Positions 32,541 to 39,306 of a stretch of DNA of 42,664 nucleotides are shown here, piece after piece. This stretch comes from an archaeon (GTDB lineage Archaea; Iainarchaeota; Iainarchaeia; Iainarchaeales; JAAZKV01). The notes under the pieces are model-generated. The model was not told where the DNA came from. It saw nothing but the letters and a program-made list of their open reading frames with translations, and did no database searches. The stretch covers positions 1 to 42,664 of the forward strand of contig JBAXCL010000001.1 in NCBI GenBank assembly GCA_037141515.1. Direction: 5' to 3'. The translations under genes and the position numbers were made by a program. Position 1 is the first letter of the stretch, and each line of letters begins with the position of its first letter.

Positions 32541-32886
32541 TAAAGGCGACACGACGATTTGCTTCACGGTTGGTCAGAGTAAGTACCTTTTAAAAGAACA
32601 CTACGCACTAGAAAAATGCGATACCTTAAAAAGTATCTGTGAGCAACAAAGGTCGCTTTGCGATAGTGTTATTGCTGATAAAAACAAAATAATTAATGCT
32701 AAAAATTTTATGCTAGATAATCAAAACACAATGCTCAAACTAAAACAGTATGAGGTTGATAAATTAACGGAACAATTGAATGTTTGCAATAAGGAAGTCA
32801 AAAAACAGAAGACTTACAAATGGATTGCAATAGGTAGCGGTATTGCCGTTTCTTTATTTTCGGGGTATTACATTTTAACACACTAA
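32449..32886 (+). CDS. Cys-containing coiled-coil protein with C-terminal TM, overlapping previous ORF out of frame (spanin-partner / u-spanin-like topology)
   Basis: From ATG 32449 the N-terminus KKLTTLVLMLLLVSSKVFSQ looks like a signal peptide, but there is no lipobox Cys. Alternative start ATG 32530 gives an 11-nt overlap only. C-terminal WIAIGSGIAVSLFSGYYIL. Confidence 0.6.
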   Translation: MLTNSKKLTTLVLMLLLVSSKVFSQKVMLNDKGDTTICFTVGQSKYLLKEHYALEKCDTLKSICEQQRSLCDSVIADKNKIINAKNFMLDNQNTMLKLKQYEVDKLTEQLNVCNKEVKKQKTYKWIAIGSGIAVSLFSGYYILTH

Positions 32887-32888
32887 AT

Positions 32889-33206
32889 ATGAATTTTTCA
32901 GAATATTCAAATGACGCTTTAGCCGATATGATTGTTAACCTTTCAAGGTATGAAAACACCGAAGACAGTATTCAAACGGTAAAAGAGGAATTAAAAAACC
33001 GAAAACAGGGTACAACTTATTCCGTAAGTAAAAGAGGTAACGAATACGTTTATAAAATAAAGGGCGAAAACTTTGGCGGATACGAATTGACGCACGTTAG
33101 TAAGCATAAACTTTCCGATAACGAAATAAACGAAATAGGTAAAAGCAACGAGTATAAAAACGGTGGCGTAGTGCCAACATTTAATTACACAATAGGCGGA
33201 TTATGA
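32889..33206 (+). CDS. Y-x-I-G-G-L tail-tag family member J (105 aa)
   Basis: Ends NEYKNGGVVPTFNYTIGGL-TGA. ATGA overlap with next ORF. Confidence 0.8.
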   Translation: MNFSEYSNDALADMIVNLSRYENTEDSIQTVKEELKNRKQGTTYSVSKRGNEYVYKIKGENFGGYELTHVSKHKLSDNEINEIGKSNEYKNGGVVPTFNYTIGGL

Positions 33207-33580
33207 AATACTCAACAAACGCAATAAGACGGTGGGAAGCCAACTTTAACACTAAAAACTTAAAGGGTATTATAGATAGTTATAGTCCTAAAGCAGTTTT
33301 TCTAGGCACTTTTGCTAAAAACATTAAGCAAGGTAGGGAACTAATATCAACCTATTTCGTAAACCTATTTAAAAAGGACGGGTTAAAGGTTGTTTTTGAG
33401 CCTAAAATCTATGTAAATGAACTAGAGGACGGGTATATCATTTCGGGTATTTATGTATTTGAATACAAAGAAAACGGCGAACTAAAAAAAGTCAAGTCTA
33501 GGTACTCTTTTACCTGTGAGTATATCGGAGGTATTTTGTATATTGTTAATCACCACTCTTCGGTAGTACCAATGCAATAA
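33203..33580 (+). CDS. NTF2-like / SnoaL-DUF4440-like fold protein (tentative)
   Basis: AIRRWEANFNTKNLKGIIDSYSPKAVFLGTFAKNIKQGRELISTYF fits the W..A.N..D...LY..DAVF.GT....G...I..YF pattern of DUF4440/CaMKII-association-type NTF2 folds. Confidence 0.7.
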   Translation: MKYSTNAIRRWEANFNTKNLKGIIDSYSPKAVFLGTFAKNIKQGRELISTYFVNLFKKDGLKVVFEPKIYVNELEDGYIISGIYVFEYKENGELKKVKSRYSFTCEYIGGILYIVNHHSSVVPMQ

Positions 33581-33626
33581 AATGATAAAATAAGTAATAA
33601 TTAATAACAAATAAAAAACAAAAACT

Positions 33627-33758
33627 ATGGCAAACGAGTATTTTACAAAAATGAACAAGGCACGAAAAGAAGGTGCAAAATCATTCACTTACAATGGTAA
33701 AACCTATGTAGCGACAAAGACGAAAACGGGTATGGTTGTTTACAAAGAAAGTAAATAA
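33627..33758 (+). CDS. 43-aa basic small protein
   Basis: Below track cutoff. aaaaacaaaaactATGGC leader. MANEYFTKMNKARKEGAKSFTYNGKTYVATKTKTGMVVYKESK. Confidence 0.4.
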   Translation: MANEYFTKMNKARKEGAKSFTYNGKTYVATKTKTGMVVYKESK

Positions 33759-33765
33759 AGCCTTA

Positions 33766-33903
33766 ATGGAATTATTAGCACCCAACGGTAAACATAGCAA
33801 TCTTACGCCCGAACAATACCGTTTGGTGCGAACTTCTGCATTTAGGAGGATTATAGTAAAAGCCGTACCTTTGCATAAAATATTATTATGCACATATCAG
33901 TAA
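33766..33903 (+). CDS. 45-aa ORF carrying an orphan polyvalent-protein-type leader (LLAPNGK.SNLT.EQY.LVRT..F)
   Basis: MELLAPNGKHSNLTPEQYRLVRTSAF then unrelated RRIIVKAVPLHKILLCTYQ. It overlaps the next ORF start and may be a gene remnant. Confidence 0.3.
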   Translation: MELLAPNGKHSNLTPEQYRLVRTSAFRRIIVKAVPLHKILLCTYQ

Positions 33904-34367
33904 AAACAAAGGATAGAGTTTTCGGAGAAACATTTAACGTAAGTGAATTGATTTCGGCGTTACAAAATGACGTTTTCAAAGAAGGGTTATCTCCTGTAAC
34001 AATACAGACAGAAAATTATCAAGGTCGGTTAATAGGTATTTATACACCTAAAAATACCAACGAAATTCATTTATTAGGCAACAACTATAATTTGCTAGGA
34101 AAGTTGCTTTACGATAAAACAGAAGCGATTTCATTGATTTCCCAAATAGCGGGAAAGGTTTACTTGTTCAATGACGTTGTTGGAAGAGGTGACGTTATAA
34201 GGTCGCTAAAAGAAGTGCCTAAAGATATGAAGGTGTTTATGGAAACTATTGCTGATTTGCAAGAGGGTATGAGATACACACTAACGGGCGTTTTTAAATG
34301 CTCGGAAGAATGTCCCGCAGTTCACTTAGATAGTTCTTATCAAAGGGATAGTTTCTTAATGAATTAG
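33888..34367 (+). CDS. hypothetical protein, last plus-strand ORF
   Basis: 159-aa track ORF. No motif recognised. The poor leader (tattattATG) lowers confidence. Confidence 0.6.
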   Translation: MHISVKTKDRVFGETFNVSELISALQNDVFKEGLSPVTIQTENYQGRLIGIYTPKNTNEIHLLGNNYNLLGKLLYDKTEAISLISQIAGKVYLFNDVVGRGDVIRSLKEVPKDMKVFMETIADLQEGMRYTLTGVFKCSEECPAVHLDSSYQRDSFLMN

Positions 34368-34652
34368 TGATTTAATCCACAATATAAAACGCTTCCACCA
34401 ACTCAATTTTTGAATTGAAACGGGCGTTTCTGTTAATTGGAACGTCCCAACCGAACATAAATAGTTTTCCTGTGTCCTTTCACTTGGATATTTCAACTTA
34501 CAATCAGTCGAATATCTATCATACCATTGTCGAAAATTCATTTTAAACCCCCTTATTTTATTGTTGTCGCCCATCTTTGCGCCTAGCAGGTCAGCTAATC
34601 CATCGCTCAGAATAATTCCACACCACAATCCGAAAGTCCTTTGGTATATCAA
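34356..34652 (-). pseudogene. possible remnant of a tyrosine-recombinase N-terminal (SAM-like) segment
   Basis: KMNFRQWYDRYSTDCKLKYPSERTQENYLCSVGTF resembles the F..[WY]L....[YL]S..T...Y...[VL]..F opening of integrase/Xer proteins, but the ORF stops ~45 aa later with no catalytic domain. It lies in the convergence zone. Confidence 0.2.
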
Positions 34653-34720
34653 ATTGTGCTAATCTATTTTTTGATAATGGGAATGATACTTCTCGTATTT
34701 CTGTTTTATCATTATCCACA

Positions 34721-34945
34721 TTAGAACACCCAAGCCACTTTACGTTTTTGATACATTTTACCATTCAAAATATATTCATCGTATATTGATGTTCGTCTAT
34801 CAAAACCTCTCTCCCAATTTGTATCAAATGGTATTTTTTGTTTCAATATTAATACACCATTCAAAAAATAGGATATGTAATTTCTGTCAGCACCATCTTT
34901 ATCGTGGTGTGAATATTGTCTATTTGTTGTTAATTTATAATCCAT
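34721..34945 (-). CDS. 74-aa hypothetical protein
   Basis: Track ORF. Repeated Y.LNG. motifs (YFLNGVL, YILNGKMY). Terminal gene of the minus block. Confidence 0.5.
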   Translation of the reverse strand: MDYKLTTNRQYSHHDKDGADRNYISYFLNGVLILKQKIPFDTNWERGFDRRTSIYDEYILNGKMYQKRKVAWVF

Positions 34946-35036
34946 AAAATACGTTTGCAGTTAAGAGTTTACTTTAATTTTATTGTTTAGTTCTCGTTTT
35001 ACGGCACGAGAACATAGCCGTAGCCGTTAGCACCAA

Positions 35037-35795
35037 TTAGCCAACGCTCGGTGGTAGTGGTAATTCAGCCCAATGCGTTAATATATCTCTTACGGTTGCA
35101 TAATACCCCCAAATATACCCATCATAATAACTTACTTTTATGCAATCATTGTCTTTGTTGTAAGTTAAGTATTCACCTTCTTTTGGGGGTTGTTCTACTT
35201 TTTTATCAACCCACCGCACAATAACAGGTGCTAACACTGTATTGCCAAAAGTGGGGGTTTCGTTTTTCAAATCAACAAGACCTCCGTCTTTGCCGTCATT
35301 TGTTTTTTTAATTTTAGTCATTTTCATTTTTGTCAGTTTTATTTTGTGTTTCAATTTTTTAAAGAACGAAGGCTTATCATCGTAATCGTTGGTGTATTCA
35401 ATGCTTTTTTTACTGAACACTATATACGAACTGTTCCCTTTATCCTCTTCTAAATTCGCATACTCAATGCCATCATATCCCTTTTTTTGTAGTAGCAACC
35501 TTAATTCCGAAAGCGAACTGAAATTATTAATTTCTTTTTTTGTAACCGCTTTTGTTTTTAATAAGTACTTTGATGTTACCTTAAAGTCTTTCCCAATGTC
35601 ATCGTTGCATTTTAGCGGTTTTTTTAATGTTATTTTTGCCGAAATGATATGTGGCACTTCCAAATCCTCTTTTATCAATGTAGTCAAAGTTTCGCATCTT
35701 TCTTTGGCACTATTCTCTGTACCCCAATGTTCGCCAAGCCCTCCTTCTATAAAAGACATACCTGTTTTTGTACATCTGTAAAGTTTTTTTTTCAT
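35037..35795 (-). CDS. ART-like N-terminal domain (paralogue of ORF 29362 core) fused to DUF551-like C-terminal domain
   Basis: KKGYDGIEYANLEEDKGNSSYIVFSKKSIEY parallels MGFDGIVMD...HYIAFEPNQMK of ORF I. N-terminal KLYRCT...GEHWGT. The C-terminal W...EGEYLTY...VSYYDGYIW...THWAELPLPP matches the DUF551 pattern (..hW.pLP.pP). Confidence 0.75.
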   Translation of the reverse strand: MKKKLYRCTKTGMSFIEGGLGEHWGTENSAKERCETLTTLIKEDLEVPHIISAKITLKKPLKCNDDIGKDFKVTSKYLLKTKAVTKKEINNFSSLSELRLLLQKKGYDGIEYANLEEDKGNSSYIVFSKKSIEYTNDYDDKPSFFKKLKHKIKLTKMKMTKIKKTNDGKDGGLVDLKNETPTFGNTVLAPVIVRWVDKKVEQPPKEGEYLTYNKDNDCIKVSYYDGYIWGYYATVRDILTHWAELPLPPSVG

Positions 35796-35810
35796 TTTTT
35801 TTATTTTTTT

Positions 35811-36593
35811 TTAATTGTTCTCGTTTAATTCTTTTTTAGCGTTTCTAATATATCCACTTTTAGTAAACTCTGCTATGTAAATTAGTTTCCTATTTGCTCT
35901 GCCCTCGCCAACAGGTTGAAGTCGCAAGTGTCCGCTTACTCCAAATTCGCCTACACGAATTACCGTCTTGTTCCAAGTACTGTCAACAATCACAATATTT
36001 TCCTTGCTATCGTTGAAGTATTGACCTTCACGCTTTGTTCCGATTTTCATAGTCGGCTTTAGCGTTACCGTTTCTAGTTCCGAAAACTCTAGGAAAGTCA
36101 AGTGCTGAATAAAACTTTTGAATAGTTCTTTGTTTTCGGGTTTATCCTTTTCGGGCAAATTAACGAAGCCGTTATCTGTATCAATACGAAACGTAGTGTA
36201 TCGCATATACATTTCTTGCCGTCCCTCGTACATTATAGGCTCGGTAGTCACCCAAATACACAGGATACCACGTTCGGTAATCATATAGCGGTAAAACAGT
36301 TTGTCGTTGACTAAAATGGTAATCTTTTTACCTCGCTTTAATCCCTTGTAAATAGTCCCGTCAAACTTATCCTCGTCAATCTTTATTTTCTTTGATATTT
36401 CAAGACTAGGTGCGGTCATTAGGTAATTTATATTGCCTTCCGTTACAAGTAAGTCGTACACTTCTTTTTCAAAGTATTTTCTCTCGCTTTCTATTGGGTG
36501 TTTATCAATAGTCTTTTTCTGCATATTATATATATTCATTTGCATATCTGAATTGAATATAAGACCTAGATAGTTGTGTGGCTTGATTTTCAT
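35811..36593 (-). CDS. hypothetical protein (260 aa)
   Basis: Track ORF. 4-nt overlap with the upstream ORF 36590. C-terminal VSGHLRLQPVGEGRANRKLIYIAEFTKSGY motif is recurrent in phage ORFans as far as I recall. Confidence 0.8.
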   Translation of the reverse strand: MKIKPHNYLGLIFNSDMQMNIYNMQKKTIDKHPIESERKYFEKEVYDLLVTEGNINYLMTAPSLEISKKIKIDEDKFDGTIYKGLKRGKKITILVNDKLFYRYMITERGILCIWVTTEPIMYEGRQEMYMRYTTFRIDTDNGFVNLPEKDKPENKELFKSFIQHLTFLEFSELETVTLKPTMKIGTKREGQYFNDSKENIVIVDSTWNKTVIRVGEFGVSGHLRLQPVGEGRANRKLIYIAEFTKSGYIRNAKKELNENN

Positions 36594-36793
36594 TTGCGAA
36601 TAATCTGATTTTTGTTATGCAATAAAACGTAATATAAATAATCGGGTAATACTCCTTTTCTCTCTAGGTTTTGTGACTGTTTTGGCTCGTTGAGGTATCT
36701 CTTCAACTCTTCGTTTTTGCCCTGTTGCAATAGTGTTTTTACTTGTTTTAATTCGGCGTTGTCGAACAACTCTCCTAAACTTTTTGTCTGCAT
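36590..36793 (-). CDS. 67-aa helical small protein
   Basis: Start moved from 36820 to ATG 36793, because 36820 lies in the loop of the terminator hairpin. MQTKSLGELFDNAELKQVKTLLQQGKNEELKRYL. Confidence 0.6.
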   Translation of the reverse strand: MQTKSLGELFDNAELKQVKTLLQQGKNEELKRYLNEPKQSQNLERKGVLPDYLYYVLLHNKNQIIRK

Positions 36794-36805
36794 ATTTGTA
36801 CGTTT

Positions 36806-36836
36806 AAAAACCACCGTCAACTTTCGCTAACGGTGG
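36806..36836 (-). terminator. rho-independent terminator / attenuator (minus strand)
   Basis: Minus strand reads CCACCGT-tagcgaaagttg-ACGGTGG-TTTTT, starting 9 nt after the stop at 36846. Confidence 0.6.
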
Positions 36837-36845
36837 CTTGATTGA

Positions 36846-38186
36846 CTAAAGATAAATACCTGTTTTGTCCTCTAAAGCGGTTACATACTTACGGATAAAG
36901 TGATTTTGAAACGCCCTAGTTTCGTCAGCAAAGTCTGTTATAAGGTGCTCTTGCTCTTCGATAATACACGATACTAATTCCTTTCTACCCATTTCAAAAA
37001 GTTTGTGAGAAAGTAAGATAGTGTTGTCTTTTGCCTGTCCTAGTCTTTCGGGTTGAACAAAGTCAACAACTTTGATTTCATACTTGATTAAGTAGTCTGC
37101 CGAAGCCAAAAACGTCCGTGCGTCATTAAGTAACGCTTCCTGTTTTCTGTTAAGTTTTTCAAATACTCGCATATCGCCACGATTACTCAATCCGCTAACG
37201 TCACCGATTACCTTAACTTCGTCTAAGAAACGTGCTTTAAGTCCCTCTATTAAGTTTGACGGAAGTATTAAAAAGTCTTTTGGTGAGTACTTAACCTCTT
37301 CCGCCCAATATCCCGCATTTTCATTAGGTACAAGTATTTTACCGTTTAAGCAAGTAAGCCACTCGTCAGAGAAACTGTGTGTCCCTGTGTCCCAACTTAT
37401 ATACCTTTCCATTGTTTCGCAAATAGTGTTGTATAAGTGTGTTATTACCTTTTTGTCGGTACATTTTTGTAAGTACGTTCTTAATTTCCACTTGAAGTCC
37501 CACTCGTCCTTGATAGTACGACTTTCGTTAATTACAACCCAACTCATATCGTAATTGAAAGAACATTTTTGGTTTTCTGCATAGTGACAACGAATACCTT
37601 TTCTGTACACTATATATTGGTCGCCACCCGCATAAATTTGATTACACTCGTTATCGTAATACACAATATCCTTGCGGTTTTCAGAGAAGTACAAGTCCCA
37701 ATTGTCAATGATTTTGTCAAACTCTTTATTGCACTCAATATAGAATACTGTTTTGTCCTCTACGGGAACACACTCCTTTTCGTCAATTACAGTAATACTA
37801 CTTTCTCCCTCGTCTAGTGCATTACAATAGATTTCACGCACTACAAACCACGCTTCCCAATCTAACCCCATTTCGGTAGTCATAGAGGTTTTCTCGCCGT
37901 TTATACTGATTACGTCAAACGAATTGTCACGGAACGGCGTAGGTGTTGTTTCAAAAATTATTTCTTTGTAGTCTGCAAATACCTTGAATGGTATCCCGTT
38001 TCGCAACAGGTAAGCAATTGAGTACTTTAGTCCGCTTCCAAAGAAGCCGATTTTACTATTGTCTGCTCGTTTTGTACTTGCACCTAGCAAGATAAACGCT
38101 TGTGGGTCAATAATACCCTTGCTCTCGATTTTGATATACTTTTTCATACTTATTTGTTTGCCGATAATGTTTTGTGTCTTTTTCAT
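36846..38186 (-). CDS. large early hypothetical protein (446 aa)
   Basis: Longest minus-strand ORF. Contains IGFFGSGLKYS and REIYCNALDEG, which individually resemble GHKL G2 and N boxes but occur in reversed order, so no call is made. Confidence 0.85.
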   Translation of the reverse strand: MKKTQNIIGKQISMKKYIKIESKGIIDPQAFILLGASTKRADNSKIGFFGSGLKYSIAYLLRNGIPFKVFADYKEIIFETTPTPFRDNSFDVISINGEKTSMTTEMGLDWEAWFVVREIYCNALDEGESSITVIDEKECVPVEDKTVFYIECNKEFDKIIDNWDLYFSENRKDIVYYDNECNQIYAGGDQYIVYRKGIRCHYAENQKCSFNYDMSWVVINESRTIKDEWDFKWKLRTYLQKCTDKKVITHLYNTICETMERYISWDTGTHSFSDEWLTCLNGKILVPNENAGYWAEEVKYSPKDFLILPSNLIEGLKARFLDEVKVIGDVSGLSNRGDMRVFEKLNRKQEALLNDARTFLASADYLIKYEIKVVDFVQPERLGQAKDNTILLSHKLFEMGRKELVSCIIEEQEHLITDFADETRAFQNHFIRKYVTALEDKTGIYL

Positions 38187-38190
38187 TTTT

Positions 38191-38391
38191 TTAAAGTTCG
38201 CAATAGTCCGACATAATACTCAACGCTTCGTTATAACTTCCGCTTTTGAAGATACGTTCTTGCATTTCTTTTACCTTATCTCTTTGTCCCGCCTTTTTTA
38301 AGGCTTGGCTACAAATACCAATTAGGTTGAAAACATTACCGTCTTGTCCGATAAGTCTTGCTTTTGGTTTTTTGATTTCTGTTTTTGTCAT
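38191..38391 (-). CDS. small conserved phage protein (66 aa)
   Basis: ARLIGQDGNVFNLIGICSQALKKAGQ...SGSYNEALSIMSDYCEL matches a widespread small phage family (L.GQDGNAF.I.G....AL..AG......SGDYDHLL.....YV) of unknown function. Preceded by the conserved leader. Confidence 0.75.
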   Translation of the reverse strand: MTKTEIKKPKARLIGQDGNVFNLIGICSQALKKAGQRDKVKEMQERIFKSGSYNEALSIMSDYCEL

Positions 38392-38489
38392 TTTTTCTAG
38401 CGTTTAAAGGGTTTGTTTGTTATTTATGGTACAAATATACAGGTAATACAAATACGCCCGACATTTATTTTATAAAGTTATTAACAAAT
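38387..38489 (-). promoter_or_regulatory. early promoter + conserved leader, copy 1 (long form)
   Basis: Minus strand: TTGTTAATAACTTT ... TATATTTG (-7 box TAnnTTTG, plus coords 38432-38439) ... AAACCCTTTAAACGCTAGAAAAAATGAC. ~100 nt alignable with 42053..42154. Confidence 0.5.
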
Positions 38490-38528
38490 AGGGTTAAATG
38501 TTTCATTTTCAGTTAATTAAATTTAACA

Positions 38529-39029
38529 TTATTCTGAAAATTGTATTGATTTCATAGCCGTAAGGCAGTCAATAATGTTGTCAGAATAAAAATCACCACG
38601 TTCAACCTTTTGTCCGTCCCAAATCTTTCTCATATAATCCACGCTAGGAATACCGCTAGGGAACATTAGCGTCAGCGTGTCAAGGTTTAGTTCTCTTACG
38701 TTACGCTTCTTACATAGGTATTGTAAAAGGGTTAGATACATAGCAATATCGCCAAAAGAGTTACACCAAGAGCATAGCAATAACTTCGCTTTTGTGTCCA
38801 TTTTGAAAGTAAACATACCTTCCAAACGCTTTTGTATTGCGGGATAGAAAAAATAACACTTGATAAAATCCTGTTCAAACTCGTCAACTTCGCCCTCTGT
38901 GAGCATATATATTACAATCATTAGTTTTGATTGGTCTTCCGATAGTGGCGTTGGTTTGTACTCGCTTAACGGTTTACAGAAATATAACTCTACCGCTTCG
39001 GGGTTATTTTGTTCTTCTTTTTTTAGCAT
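38529..39029 (-). CDS. hypothetical protein (166 aa)
   Basis: Track ORF. ATG overlaps the upstream stop. No motif recognised. Confidence 0.75.
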   Translation of the reverse strand: MLKKEEQNNPEAVELYFCKPLSEYKPTPLSEDQSKLMIVIYMLTEGEVDEFEQDFIKCYFFYPAIQKRLEGMFTFKMDTKAKLLLCSWCNSFGDIAMYLTLLQYLCKKRNVRELNLDTLTLMFPSGIPSVDYMRKIWDGQKVERGDFYSDNIIDCLTAMKSIQFSE

Positions 39030-39295
39030 TAGTTTTCATTTTTTGATTGTTCCATTTTTGCTACATAGTTAATAAAAGCCAATTCTACGATTTCCGCTAC
39101 ACGGCTATCTTTCATCATTGTTTCAATTAGCATAATTACAACGTCGTCACGCTTACCTCTAGCCGTTATTAATACGTTGTGTCCCCCGTCTTCCTCAATA
39201 TCTGCAATAATTATTGCGGTAGTGCAATTGTGAATGTGGTCGCCTATCTGAACTAACTCTTCGATAGTGTAATTTTCTATACCTCTGTCTGACAT
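39029..39295 (-). CDS. hypothetical protein (88 aa)
   Basis: Track ORF, tightly packed. Confidence 0.7.
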   Translation of the reverse strand: MSDRGIENYTIEELVQIGDHIHNCTTAIIIADIEEDGGHNVLITARGKRDDVVIMLIETMMKDSRVAEIVELAFINYVAKMEQSKNEN

Positions 39296-39306
39296 ATTTT
39301 TATTTT

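Noticed and set aside
33777-33856. Alternative-frame reading ...NTVWCELLHLGGL-stop resembling the tag
   Set aside because: There is no start codon in that frame after the stop at 33774-33776. The spacing is two residues off the consensus and there is no K-G-G element. I kept it only as a remark under the 33766 finding.
34990-35012. Hairpin gttctcg-N9-cgagaac as a terminator for ORF 35037..35795
   Set aside because: No U-run follows it on either strand. The 9-nt loop and 7-bp stem are unremarkable in AT-rich DNA.
36846-38186. GHKL/Hsp90-like ATPase call for the 446-aa early ORF
   Set aside because: IGFFGSGLKYS (G2-like) precedes REIYCNALDEG (N-box-like) by ~70 residues. That is the reverse of the canonical Bergerat-fold order, and no DxGxG box was seen. 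The evidence is insufficient without a profile search.
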